The notes: generated from the sequence alone by a model not told the origin. Counted from the first letter of the stretch, positions 29,110-39,483 are shown. The stretch: DNA of 64,000 nucleotides from Promethearchaeota archaeon (GCA_013375475.1 JABXKD010000002.1:1-64000), one strand, 5' to 3'. A program made the numbers and translations.

Positions 29110-29377
29110 CTCCAATGGTAGCATAATCAAACAACCAAATATAATGAATGAAAAGTTGTGTAAGATTTTTTAATGATTTTTATTTTTATACAAGTGATTA
29201 TGCCCTCGAAATATATTCAAAATACCTTTTCATTAGGCAAAAAGAATTTGGAAAATAAGATGTAAATTATCCAAAAGTATAATTAAATAAATTTTTATTA
29301 ATAATAATAACATAAGAACTTTGTTTGATGTTTTGTTCTTAAAAATTAAGACCGAATAAATTAATGGAAGATTCAAA

Positions 29378-31135
29378 ATGGCTGATGATTACGATTACCT
29401 TTTTAAATCTATTGTTGTAGGTGATGGGGGTGTTGGTAAAACAGCTCTTACACTCCGTTTTTCAAAAGGATTCTTTACAGAAGATTATAAAATGACAATT
29501 GGGGTAGATTTTCACGTAAAAACAATTTCAATAGATACTTCTGAAGGGGCCATTAAGTGTAAACTCCAACTCTGGGATACAGGTGGTCAAGAGCGATTTA
29601 GTTCGATAAGACCGATGTACTATAGGGGATCGTTAGGGACAATACTTGTTTTCGATCTCACAAATTCCGCGAGTTTTGAACATTTACCACAATGGATAGA
29701 GGAAGTTAGAGCAAACATAAAAACTGAGATTCCGGTGGTGCTCGTTGGAAATAAAAGCGATCTACTCAACCAGAGAGCCGTTTCAGCCGAGGAAATTGGT
29801 AGATTTACAAACGATTTTAACTTGTATTATATGGAAACTTCAGCTAAAACCGGTAATGGAGTAGGTGATTGTTTTTATATTCTTGCGTGTTTAATGATAG
29901 GACAAGGTGTTCCTGAGCAATTGGTTGCAAACAAAACTGTTTATGCTCCAGGACAAGTACTTGAAGAAAAGGGTAAAATACCCTCAAAAGAGTTGCCTTC
30001 TAGCAAACCCCAAGATGAATATATCGCCCCGCCTGTTCCAGAACCCGCTCAATTCTTAAACGAACAACCTGAAATCGAATATGAGGCTCCGCCAGTCCCC
30101 GAACCGAAATTGACTAAACTAGTGGAACTTCCTTCTTTTTTTGAATCTGAAAAGGAAATTGAATACGAAGCTCCACCTGTTCCCGAACCAAAACCTGAAA
30201 CGGAACCGCAATTCATTCCCGATATCTCAATTCCTGAACTAACCGAAATTGAATTTAAAACTCCAGATGAAATTTTGATCAAAGAAACGATAAAATCCGA
30301 ACTTGAATCCTTAACCAGCGACGATACGGTCTATAAACCAAAAACAATTCCTTTTACTAACGCTCCAGAACCTGCACCACCTCCCAAGGAGTTTCAAAGC
30401 CCTCCCTCGGAAAGACCAAAAGAAAGCACTCCAATTCATACTCCATTTCGCGTAATTAAAAGGGAAGAACCTACGAAACCTCAACCTACATCAATAACAT
30501 TTGAACCTAGCCCCAAACCACAACCAGACTCTATAAATAGATCACCACTTTTTCAAACCCAAACACCTCCAGGATCTACTTCTGATTCGCTTATCGATTA
30601 TATGCCTCAAACAATTATATCAAAAAAGGAGAAGAAAAAGAAAGTTAAGGAACAAAAGAAGCAAGATAAAGAAAAAGCAAAGATTGAGAAGGAAAAAAAA
30701 ATATCTGAAGAACGGGAGAAACAAGAGAATTTAATTAAAGCTATGAAAAAATCGAAAAAAGAAAAACAAACTGAACCTAAAAAAACCAAACCGTCATCAC
30801 CCCCTACTGTTAGCGAACCCAAAGTTGGGATGGATTCCTTATTTCAAACTCTTAGCCAAAGAACTGAAGTAGAATCTCAGGATCAGAGCGTTCCTTTTAT
30901 GTATTTTACAGGAGAAAGGAAAACTAAGGAAGAGGGGGCGTCTAAATTAAGAATAATTCCTAATGTAGCGGATGTTGAAGCCGATTCTAATTCTTTTACA
31001 GCGTTTACGTCTGCTCAACAAGTAGAAGAAGAAAAACCAAAAAGTAAATCCAAAGATCTTTTAATTTGTGAACAATGTGGATCTATTTTATCCTCTGATT
31101 ATGCATTTTGTAATAAATGCGGAAATAAATTATAA
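29378..31135 (+). CDS. Rab-like GTPase with long Pro-rich/charged tail and C-terminal zinc ribbon
   Basis: YDYLFK..VVGDGGVGKT, TIGVDF, WDTGGQERF, NKSD, ETSAK; 3x EY[IE]APPVPEP; CEQC…CNKC. Confidence 0.92.
   Translation: MADDYDYLFKSIVVGDGGVGKTALTLRFSKGFFTEDYKMTIGVDFHVKTISIDTSEGAIKCKLQLWDTGGQERFSSIRPMYYRGSLGTILVFDLTNSASFEHLPQWIEEVRANIKTEIPVVLVGNKSDLLNQRAVSAEEIGRFTNDFNLYYMETSAKTGNGVGDCFYILACLMIGQGVPEQLVANKTVYAPGQVLEEKGKIPSKELPSSKPQDEYIAPPVPEPAQFLNEQPEIEYEAPPVPEPKLTKLVELPSFFESEKEIEYEAPPVPEPKPETEPQFIPDISIPELTEIEFKTPDEILIKETIKSELESLTSDDTVYKPKTIPFTNAPEPAPPPKEFQSPPSERPKESTPIHTPFRVIKREEPTKPQPTSITFEPSPKPQPDSINRSPLFQTQTPPGSTSDSLIDYMPQTIISKKEKKKKVKEQKKQDKEKAKIEKEKKISEEREKQENLIKAMKKSKKEKQTEPKKTKPSSPPTVSEPKVGMDSLFQTLSQRTEVESQDQSVPFMYFTGERKTKEEGASKLRIIPNVADVEADSNSFTAFTSAQQVEEEKPKSKSKDLLICEQCGSILSSDYAFCNKCGNKL
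30013..30190 (+). repeat. Three intragenic repeats encoding EY[IE]APPVPEP
   Basis: Copies near 30013-30046, 30071-30106 and 30155-30190 with synonymous divergence. Confidence 0.85.
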
Positions 31136-31174
31136 TTTTTAAACAATGAAATAGATCTTTTTTATTTGAATCTT

Positions 31175-31903
31175 CTAAAGATTTTTACCACAGATGGGGC
31201 AAGTGCTCCACAGTTTTTTGATCTTTGAATTACAATATGGACATATTTTTAAATCTGGATCTATTTGAGTTTGAAGCTTTCCAAAAATAGTTAAATTATC
31301 CTCTTCACGATAGGTTTTTGGTTGTGGTGGGGGTTGAATCGAAGGTTCGCTTAAATTATTGTTAGGTTCTAGCATCGAGTTATTTGTCAAATCTGGTGGC
31401 TCGTTATATTCGCTCTTTACCGTATCTTGTTGTGAAAATCGTCGATCTCCTTCTGATTCTTCTATAGGAATGCCAACTTCATAATGGAAATAATTTCCCT
31501 CGTTATTTTCAATTACAACCTCACCATGAGCTAGTAATACTTCAATGTAATAGATAATAATAGAACCCATTGGAACTTCAGCTATTTCTGCTATAAAATA
31601 ATCTAATTCGTGTTCCATTTGCAATCGATACCACGATTTTCCACGATCAGCACTAAATATGAGCAGAACCCTTTCTAAGATATTGTTGAAATCATCTTCT
31701 GTTATTTTAACAACAATTTTAATAGTTTTTTTTAGTATACCCTTTTGCCCTAAAGCTTCTTCTGCTTTAGTAGCATCCCACGCTGTTCCGCATTTAGGGC
31801 AATTCGTAAACCAATTTGGGTATTCGAACATGCAGTTAGTGCAGTTTTTCGTAAAATAGCGGGTGGTTTTTATTCCAAATGTTTTTTTTTTATCTTTTCC
31901 CAT
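31175..31903 (-). CDS. Protein with N- and C-terminal zinc ribbons, central beta domain and Pro-rich linker
   Basis: CTNC…CPKC and CPYC…CPIC. Confidence 0.8.
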   Translation of the reverse strand: MGKDKKKTFGIKTTRYFTKNCTNCMFEYPNWFTNCPKCGTAWDATKAEEALGQKGILKKTIKIVVKITEDDFNNILERVLLIFSADRGKSWYRLQMEHELDYFIAEIAEVPMGSIIIYYIEVLLAHGEVVIENNEGNYFHYEVGIPIEESEGDRRFSQQDTVKSEYNEPPDLTNNSMLEPNNNLSEPSIQPPPQPKTYREEDNLTIFGKLQTQIDPDLKICPYCNSKIKKLWSTCPICGKNL

Positions 31904-32020
31904 TCTCCAATCAGTTCTAAAGAGGAATTTTACCCTAATAATCTTATATAAAATATTAAATTACTTTCCGACTAATAAATATATTTCAGACGGATATATA
32001 AAAAACTAAATTCTTACTTA

Positions 32021-33196
32021 TTATAATTTTAGTTTTTTTACAATTTTTTCTAAATCAATAGCAAAATTAGATAAATGGTCTCTCTTTACATGAGGCATTA
32101 TCACAACTCTAATTAAATTAAAATCTAGGAATTTCCCTAACATCCAATTATTATTACGTAATGTTTTTTCGAGTTCACATATACTATCTCCATTTTCCGT
32201 GGTGATCCCAACCACATTCATAACGGGATCCGCAGCTAATTTTACACCGCGAATTTCAGAGATCCTTTGTGCTAAATATTTAGTTTTATCCATACATTTC
32301 GAAACAATCTCATTAAAACCTTTAATTCCTAAATACTTTAATACTACCCAAAAGGCTATGATTGAAGCTCCTGGTCTAGTCCCAACAATATGAAAGTGTT
32401 TAAATGATCCTCCCGCTAAATATGGAATTTCAAAACCTGTTTTCTGTAATATTGAAGAGTCTTTAACAAAATAACCACCAGAAGGAATTATTCCTAAACC
32501 CATTTTATGAGGATCAGCAGTAATTGAATCTACAGAGTTTATCGAAAAATCCCATGGAGGAACCTGATAACCTAACCTTTTAAGAAAAGGCAAAACAAAA
32601 CCTCCGAATGCGGCATCAATGTGAAAAAAAATATCTTTACCTTCAACAATTGTACCTATATCTTCAATTGGGTCAATTAAACCTAATGAAGTTGTGCCCG
32701 CAACTCCAACAATAGCACAAGTATTTTTATTAATTAATGTTTCAAGATGATTTAAATCAACTTCGTAATTCTCTAATAATTTTACCTTTCTCAGTCTAAG
32801 GTTTAACAAATCAGCTGCTTTATCAAAAGAAATATGAGCAGAAATTGGAACTACAACTTCCGGATTTTTAATATCAGATCGCAAATTTCTGGCAATCCTC
32901 ATAGCTATCAAATTTGCTTCAGACCCGCCAGTAGTAAATGTTCCTATAATGTTTTTATTTCCAAATAAATCCCCAATTTCAGAGATTAGTTCATCCTCCA
33001 ATGCAGCAGTACCTGGGAATAACCCGGGATCTCCTAAATTCTTAGAAATATATTTAAGATAGATTTCTTTAGCAAAATCTAATGGCTCTGTGCACATTGA
33101 TCCCAAAATTGAGCCTGAATCGTAGGAAAAATCTTTCTCAAGCTTTTTTTCCAACAAATGAAGTATATCTCGTTTCTCTAGACCGTCTTCTTCCAT
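32021..33196 (-). CDS. mfnA: Tyrosine/aspartate 1-decarboxylase (group II PLP decarboxylase)
   Basis: ILGSMCT, NLGDPGLFPG, TTGGSEAN, HIDAAFGG, TADPHKMG. Confidence 0.92.
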   Translation of the reverse strand: MEEDGLEKRDILHLLEKKLEKDFSYDSGSILGSMCTEPLDFAKEIYLKYISKNLGDPGLFPGTAALEDELISEIGDLFGNKNIIGTFTTGGSEANLIAMRIARNLRSDIKNPEVVVPISAHISFDKAADLLNLRLRKVKLLENYEVDLNHLETLINKNTCAIVGVAGTTSLGLIDPIEDIGTIVEGKDIFFHIDAAFGGFVLPFLKRLGYQVPPWDFSINSVDSITADPHKMGLGIIPSGGYFVKDSSILQKTGFEIPYLAGGSFKHFHIVGTRPGASIIAFWVVLKYLGIKGFNEIVSKCMDKTKYLAQRISEIRGVKLAADPVMNVVGITTENGDSICELEKTLRNNNWMLGKFLDFNLIRVVIMPHVKRDHLSNFAIDLEKIVKKLKL

Positions 33197-33327
33197 TTTT
33201 GAAAGTGAATACTTAATTATTGTTATAGTTTCCTATAATTCTAAAAAAGATAAAGCTTAAAAAAATAAAAGTTTTACAAATCAGATTTGTATAAGTAGTA
33301 TTCTAATAAAAATGGTAAAATTGATGC

Positions 33328-33645
33328 TTAAACAAATCTTTTTGAATCTCTTTTAGTATATTTTTCAATTACAAGGTTTAATTCGTTGTTCAAGTCAATT
33401 TCATAATAATTTGCGATGCAAAGGATGGCAAAAATTACATCTGCGAGCTCTTCGCCTATTCCTGTTGAACTATCGTTAGGCTTTTTTGGTTTAATTCCCT
33501 CCAGGAAATTTAACTCCTTAGCTAATTCACCTACTTCTTCCACTAATGCACTAAACATAGAAAGAGGAGGCCAGTAACCACCATGATTTATAATCCATTT
33601 ATCAATTTTTTTTTGAAACTCTTTGAGCGATAAATCTTCTTCCAT
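33328..33645 (-). CDS. MazG-like nucleotide pyrophosphohydrolase
   Basis: LVEEVGELAKE…GEELADV. Confidence 0.9.
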   Translation of the reverse strand: MEEDLSLKEFQKKIDKWIINHGGYWPPLSMFSALVEEVGELAKELNFLEGIKPKKPNDSSTGIGEELADVIFAILCIANYYEIDLNNELNLVIEKYTKRDSKRFV

Positions 33646-33683
33646 AAATAAAGTAAGACACTGGTATATTTATTATCAGTGAA

Positions 33684-36600
33684 TTAGGAAAATAAATTAT
33701 ATCTTTTTCTAGATTCCCATTCTGCTTTCTTACCGGAATTGTATCTATTTACTTCACTGTAATACCCGGTAATTCTTGAATACACCTTAACATCTCCAGA
33801 GTAACATTGAGGACAAATAAAATTTCCACCTCGAAACATCTTCCTACAATGAGGACAATAAGTAAAATCGGTCGTATAAGCAAAATAAGCGGTATTAGTA
33901 TTGAGACAAATATTCTTAGTCAGTTCCCATAACCCATTAATATCTGGATTTTGCTCACCAAGCCAGATATGCGTTATTACTCCTCCTTCAACAACGGGGT
34001 GATAATCTCCTTGCTTTTTAATTCTTTCAGATAAAGTAATGTCAGCATCATATCTAAAATGACTAGAATTTGTGTAGTAGGCAGAGTTACCGGATGATTG
34101 TGGAATTGCTTTTTTGGGGAAATGTTTTAAATCTAGCCTTGCTAACCGGTTACTTGTCGATTCTGCAGGTTGCTCCCAAAGTGAATACGAAATTCCGTCT
34201 CTTTCGGTCATCGAATTACACTTTGCTACCATATATTCTAACACTTTTTTACCAAAATTGTATGCAGTGTCGTGTTCGTGCAATTCATACCCAATCAGAC
34301 TTTTTAAGGCTTCGTTTAAACCAGTAAAACCAATAGAGAGATTCTGATCTTTTAGGTTAAAAATTGGCTCTCCGTCTATTTTACCGCTACATAAGGGTAG
34401 ATGACCCGATCTTAAGCGTTTTTCCATTAATTTCCATTTTTTTAGTAGCACTCTTGCAGAGAGCTCCATATTCTTATCTAAAATCCTAAAGTAATCGTCT
34501 TCGTTAGCAGACATGTACGCATACCTAGGTAAATTAAGACTGACGCTTTGAAGCGAACCAATTGAGACGTAATTTTCCCAGGCATTGGCGATTTTCCTCT
34601 TTTCGGGGTCTAATTCACATCTGCTTATAATCTGATTGCCACTTAAAAATTTACGGCAACATTGACTATGAATTTCGTCGGGCATCCATTCTGGGCACAT
34701 ATTGAGAAAATATGGAGTGCCCATCTTAGCAACTTCTTCCATTAATTTAATGTAAGACGGTTCGAACTCTTTGAGCCACTCTTTTTTAATCTTTATTTCG
34801 TGTTTTGGGAATGCAAATAACTTTCCATCGTAGTCTCCATGGATATAAACATCAGTTAGAGCGTCAAAAAGCTTTAAACACTCGTCTTTATAATCACCAT
34901 ATTTACCAATAATTTTACCGTGGGGACCAATAGCCTTAATGGATAACAAACCTTCAGGTATTGTAGGAGTACAAGAAATTGAAGTGAAGGGTACTTGCCC
35001 TCCTCTCGCTGCAAAAATCTGGTTTGTTTCGTATATTAAACATTGCATAGATTGTTCGATTTCTCTGGCGGAAAGTCCTTTAGCATAAGGAGCGAGGAAC
35101 GATGTTATGTAATCGTAACCTTGACCTCCACTAAATTCACCTTGTATTGTCCCTAACCATTTGGCTAGATGAGTTACAGCAACCCGTAAACTCCCAGCTG
35201 GACCAGACCTACTGCAATGTGCCCAACTATTTACCGGGGGAAGTCCATGCTCGAGAATCATACGAGGATCCCACTCTTGACAATTATGAATGAGGATGGA
35301 ATTTGCATAAAATGTATGATTGGGCCAGTCTCCATTACCCACTAAAGTGAAATCATATAGATATGGATGAGTAGGTTGTATTTTTTTAATATTAGTAACA
35401 ACATCGTATGGTTTTCTTTCAGAAAATTTAGGTGAATGGGTTTTAAGATATGAATTTAGTTTTTGCTGCTTTTTTACCTGGAAAAATTCAACTAACTTTG
35501 AGAATTTAAGAATATTATCGCCACCAAATATTTTTAGTCTATACATCATACCCTCGCCCTTATATCCCTTAATATCATACTCATAATTCTCTTCTTTAAT
35601 ATAATGATAAATAGAGTGCGTCGCAAATATAAAACTCAAGTAATCTATAAGTGATTTTGATTTTGAAGTATAAGTTATATCGCAATCAGATCTTTTCGGT
35701 CTATAGATTATATGTCCATCTCCACTATAAAGGGCAGATAATAATGGTTTTAATTTCTCATCAGACAAATTCAAAAAAAAGTTATTAACCTGTTTTTTGT
35801 GGCTAAGGGGTTTAATCCCAAAAACATACCTGAATAAGAGATAAATCATTTTACCTCCAAAGTATAATTGAGGAGCTTTATTCTCAATTAAAGTATGTGT
35901 GATATATGTATCAAAACTGTCTCTAATAGACTGCTCCATATCCTCAAGTATAAAAGGATCTTTACTGGTTAATACAAGATTATAACTCAGATTATCTTCT
36001 ATATTATAAATTCCCTCAGATAAAAAGTATCCAATCAGTCTTAAGATTGGTTCTTTAATATTTAATATTGCTGGAATTGAGAGAGAAGAACCAACAACAC
36101 CAATTTCTAAATTAGAATATGGAACATTGTATATTTCAATTATTTTTATTGCCTCCAGAATAGGAAGACTGCCCCGTTCCCAACTTCTTGGATAACTTAG
36201 GACTTCTGCTTTACAGAAAACATCGTCCCAAGACAGTGAGTTCCTCTCTTTCTCTGCAATTAAGAAATTCCTTAGATTTTTTACATAAACATTCTTTAAC
36301 AAATCTGATGGACATTTTTTAATCAATTCTTCAATGATATTTAATTCATAATGATCTCCTTTTATTACACTATTATTTAAAATCATCAAAGAATCACCTA
36401 TGCAAAGGTTCTTAGCAGGTATTTCTTTTGGAAATAAATCATTAAAAGTCATTATGCGATGGTCATCGCTAAGGAGAATTTCTTTTCCACTTTTGGTTGT
36501 TATTTTATTAATATAATCATCTGATGGTCTTCTTGAAACAAATTTCAGTTTTTTTATTCCAGTAGGTGTATATAATGAGAGAGATTTTCTTGATAAATCA

Positions 36601-37244
36601 ATCAATTCTTGATTTTTATCGAAAAACTCATCAAAATCTTTTGCTTTATTTAGTGATAAATTTTTCCCATCATATACCGGTATTTTGGTACTACCATCTA
36701 CGCAAAACGGTCTTAAATCAAAATATCTTAGCATATGTACATGAATGTCTCCATATAAATGAGCATGCGCTTCTTCTGAGTCTAAAATCCTTAAGAGAGC
36801 GTATTCATCAGAAATCCTATTTGCAGCCCAATGATGGATGCTTTCTGGGTTTAAATCTTGATTGGCGTTTTCGTTAACGCCTTTCTCCAATATCGCTTCA
36901 TAATCCATTAATGGCATACCTATTCTTGTATATAGTTTACGCTCGTCTTCGTAGTGTTCTTCTGATAATATTGAGCAAACTATTTCCCTAATATGTGGTC
37001 CAGAAAGAAAACTAATATTGGAAGATATAATTCTTCTCACAACAAGCTCAGTAATTTTGCCAGCAGATTTTAAATCTAATCCCGTTTCTTTAACGATGCT
37101 TTCTTTTATTTTATCTAGCTCAAAGGGTACAACATCGCCTTCCGTCCGTGAAACACTTGGAAGTAAATTTTTTAAAAACCCACTTTCTAACATTTTTTTT
37201 CCTTTAATTGTTTCAAACTTTGGAGTTAAAACCATATTAATCAT
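33684..37244 (-). CDS. nrdD: Anaerobic (class III) ribonucleoside-triphosphate reductase with N-terminal ATP cone and an intein
   Basis: ATP cone, NENAN, QCCR finger loop, EQPAES, YYTNSSH, C-terminal Zn site and glycyl-radical SRITGYY. Confidence 0.95.
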   Translation of the reverse strand: MINMVLTPKFETIKGKKMLESGFLKNLLPSVSRTEGDVVPFELDKIKESIVKETGLDLKSAGKITELVVRRIISSNISFLSGPHIREIVCSILSEEHYEDERKLYTRIGMPLMDYEAILEKGVNENANQDLNPESIHHWAANRISDEYALLRILDSEEAHAHLYGDIHVHMLRYFDLRPFCVDGSTKIPVYDGKNLSLNKAKDFDEFFDKNQELIDLSRKSLSLYTPTGIKKLKFVSRRPSDDYINKITTKSGKEILLSDDHRIMTFNDLFPKEIPAKNLCIGDSLMILNNSVIKGDHYELNIIEELIKKCPSDLLKNVYVKNLRNFLIAEKERNSLSWDDVFCKAEVLSYPRSWERGSLPILEAIKIIEIYNVPYSNLEIGVVGSSLSIPAILNIKEPILRLIGYFLSEGIYNIEDNLSYNLVLTSKDPFILEDMEQSIRDSFDTYITHTLIENKAPQLYFGGKMIYLLFRYVFGIKPLSHKKQVNNFFLNLSDEKLKPLLSALYSGDGHIIYRPKRSDCDITYTSKSKSLIDYLSFIFATHSIYHYIKEENYEYDIKGYKGEGMMYRLKIFGGDNILKFSKLVEFFQVKKQQKLNSYLKTHSPKFSERKPYDVVTNIKKIQPTHPYLYDFTLVGNGDWPNHTFYANSILIHNCQEWDPRMILEHGLPPVNSWAHCSRSGPAGSLRVAVTHLAKWLGTIQGEFSGGQGYDYITSFLAPYAKGLSAREIEQSMQCLIYETNQIFAARGGQVPFTSISCTPTIPEGLLSIKAIGPHGKIIGKYGDYKDECLKLFDALTDVYIHGDYDGKLFAFPKHEIKIKKEWLKEFEPSYIKLMEEVAKMGTPYFLNMCPEWMPDEIHSQCCRKFLSGNQIISRCELDPEKRKIANAWENYVSIGSLQSVSLNLPRYAYMSANEDDYFRILDKNMELSARVLLKKWKLMEKRLRSGHLPLCSGKIDGEPIFNLKDQNLSIGFTGLNEALKSLIGYELHEHDTAYNFGKKVLEYMVAKCNSMTERDGISYSLWEQPAESTSNRLARLDLKHFPKKAIPQSSGNSAYYTNSSHFRYDADITLSERIKKQGDYHPVVEGGVITHIWLGEQNPDINGLWELTKNICLNTNTAYFAYTTDFTYCPHCRKMFRGGNFICPQCYSGDVKVYSRITGYYSEVNRYNSGKKAEWESRKRYNLFS
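35283..36704 (-). mobile_element. Intein (474 aa) with LAGLIDADG homing endonuclease in nrdD
   Basis: Junctions RPF|CVDGSTKI … ILIHN|CQEW; block B SDDHRI; LAGLIDADG-like LIGYFLSEG and LLSALYSGDG. Confidence 0.93.
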
Positions 37245-37651
37245 TTTATTAATTTAATTTGCAATTCCTATCGAAGTGATAACAGTATATAACTTGTATG
37301 AAAATTAAAAATTTATGTCGTTTTTATTAACCTAAGTAATAGCTTTAATTGTTATATATTCTCGTTAATACTTTGCCTCTTTTGATATAAAAATGTATTT
37401 TTTTTTCCAATTTAAACTTATTCTATTAACCTTCTATTCATAATCTAATAAACCAGTTTAGAAATCCACAGAAAATTCCATAGTTTCACCTAAAAGTCCA
37501 GTCGTATTACCTATATCCTCGTTATTTTACTAGCAAACTTAAAATTGTCGTCTTTACTGGTTTTGTAATTTTCAAACGATTAATGTAAAATTTAAAAATT
37601 ATCAACTACGAGAATATTTAAATAAAAAACAGATGAAATCAACTTATATAA

Positions 37652-37990
37652 ATGCTTGAAATTAAAAAAAATCCCGTAAATAAAAGCTCTGTCAATTCTA
37701 TAGAAACTTTGCCAGGAATTTATCGAAAAACTCTAATTTTTAATGAGAACATGATGTTATGCCATTTTATCCTCAATAAAAATTCTGAAGTCCCCCTTCA
37801 TTCGCATAAGGAACATCAAATCGGATATGTAATTAAAGGAAAATTACAATTTTTTACCGATAATGAAGAATTTTTGGCTAAAAAGGGAGATAGTTATGTT
37901 TTTGAATCAAACGAAAAACATGGGGCAAAAATATTGGAGGATTCAGAGGTTATAGACGTGTTTAATCCTCCAAGAGAAGATTATAAATAA
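37652..37990 (+). CDS. Cupin-domain protein
   Basis: PLHSHKEHQIGYVIKG … GDSYVFESNEKHG. Confidence 0.9.
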   Translation: MLEIKKNPVNKSSVNSIETLPGIYRKTLIFNENMMLCHFILNKNSEVPLHSHKEHQIGYVIKGKLQFFTDNEEFLAKKGDSYVFESNEKHGAKILEDSEVIDVFNPPREDYK

Positions 37991-38024
37991 ATCTGCGCAG
38001 TTACAAAAGGAAAATAAAAAGTAA

Positions 38025-38378
38025 TTACCATTGATAAGCGGCAACAACAAAAACTGCAATCATACAAAAAATAAATTGACCTAAAAGCCAATCTATAAAC
38101 AATTTCCTTTTTTGATCTCTGTTTTTCTTAACGCGAGTTGCTAAGGCAAAGCTAATTGCTGCATTAGTGCCAGTGAAAATTATTAATGTAAATGTTGATG
38201 CATTTAATGTTAGTTCAATCAAGTCGAGTATCATGTCAAAAATAAAAAACGCGCTTATTAAAGCTAATAAAGCAATTAAAAACATCCAACCTGAAAAATT
38301 GATAACTTTCTCAAATACTATTTCTTCTTGGGATAATCCTCCCGGCGACCGAGTGGGCTTTTTCTTTACTTTTGACAT
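38025..38378 (-). CDS. Hypothetical 3-TM membrane protein
   Basis: Hydrophobicity; co-oriented with nac/pan. Confidence 0.75.
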   Translation of the reverse strand: MSKVKKKPTRSPGGLSQEEIVFEKVINFSGWMFLIALLALISAFFIFDMILDLIELTLNASTFTLIIFTGTNAAISFALATRVKKNRDQKRKLFIDWLLGQFIFCMIAVFVVAAYQW

Positions 38379-38461
38379 ATCTTTCTACCGTACTAATTAT
38401 AAAAAATTGAATGGTCAATGATTCTTAATTCTTATTTTTTCTACAAATACAATTCAAGATA

Positions 38462-38953
38462 TCAAGGTTTATTTTTTAAAAATAAAATGGCTTTAGCAAT
38501 ATCTCCTTCACTATCAATCAACGCAGCATTCGCTTCTTCTTTATCTACATTCGCTTGAGCTGCCACTAACATTATATCATTTTCAGTAATAACCGTTTTA
38601 GCTTCAGATTCTACTATAGCGTCCTCTCGTTCTCCTACTTCCCTATCCCCTATTTGAACCTCCCCTACAGAATATTCTTCTGCATCCCCTATTATTTGAT
38701 AAATCTCTTGTCCCATTTGTTTCATTAAAACGACTTCGGGTTGATCGATTACAAGAGTATTTTCAGGACCTTCTATTATTACTCGCGTAGCGTTAATTGG
38801 TTCCATATCAATTCCTTGCTGTTGCATTCGACGGCGCATCTGTCTTGAAGCAATTTGTTGTCCTTCTCTCTTCTTTGTTGCTTGTGGTCGCGTTGGTTTA
38901 CTTTTTTCCTTTTTTTGCATTTCCTTTGGTAATTTAACCATTTTTTTCAACAA
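38462..38953 (-). CDS. nac: Nascent polypeptide-associated complex protein
   Basis: RQMRRRMQQQGIDMEPINATRVII…YQIIG; C-terminal UBA 'DIMLVAAQANVDKEEA…GDIAKAI'. Confidence 0.92.
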   Translation of the reverse strand: MLKKMVKLPKEMQKKEKSKPTRPQATKKREGQQIASRQMRRRMQQQGIDMEPINATRVIIEGPENTLVIDQPEVVLMKQMGQEIYQIIGDAEEYSVGEVQIGDREVGEREDAIVESEAKTVITENDIMLVAAQANVDKEEANAALIDSEGDIAKAILFLKNKP

Positions 38954-38991
38954 CTCTAAACTATATATATATTATAGTTATCTATTAATTT

Positions 38992-39483
38992 TTATAATTT
39001 TGATTTAGCTGTACCTTTTCGAACTTTAATCGCAATTCCAGTTTTAAAACTTCGAACATAAGGGACTGGGATCAATAATTTTCCAATTGCTAAAATTTCG
39101 TTTTCTTGATTAACAACAATAATCTCGTCGGAGGGTCTTAAACTATCATCTATGTCTATAACATGTTTACAAAAGACATTACGCCCTTTTCTAATGAATT
39201 CTGATATTTCATTCATTACTATCGCTCTTAATTTTAGCGGTGGAATGCTTTTAATTATTTTAACAGCGGAAAATAAACTCAATGTAAAAAATCCATTAGT
39301 TGGTCTTAAATTTAGGATTAGCTTGTCTTTGTCATACACATGTTTAATTTTACCAGTGTTTTTAGAAAATTCAAAATTAATTTCATTTTCATTTTCAAAC
39401 AGAATATCAGTTATCGACTGACCAAATTGGTAATCAGATATAGCCCTTACTTTTCTTAAAGCAAAAAGCAGTTTAGTTTCCAT
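38992..39483 (-). CDS. PUA-domain RNA-binding protein (archaeosine TGT C-terminal-like)
   Basis: ISDYQFG, SKNTGKIKHV, GRNVFCKHV…DEIIVV…AIKVRKG. Confidence 0.85.
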   Translation of the reverse strand: METKLLFALRKVRAISDYQFGQSITDILFENENEINFEFSKNTGKIKHVYDKDKLILNLRPTNGFFTLSLFSAVKIIKSIPPLKLRAIVMNEISEFIRKGRNVFCKHVIDIDDSLRPSDEIIVVNQENEILAIGKLLIPVPYVRSFKTGIAIKVRKGTAKSKL

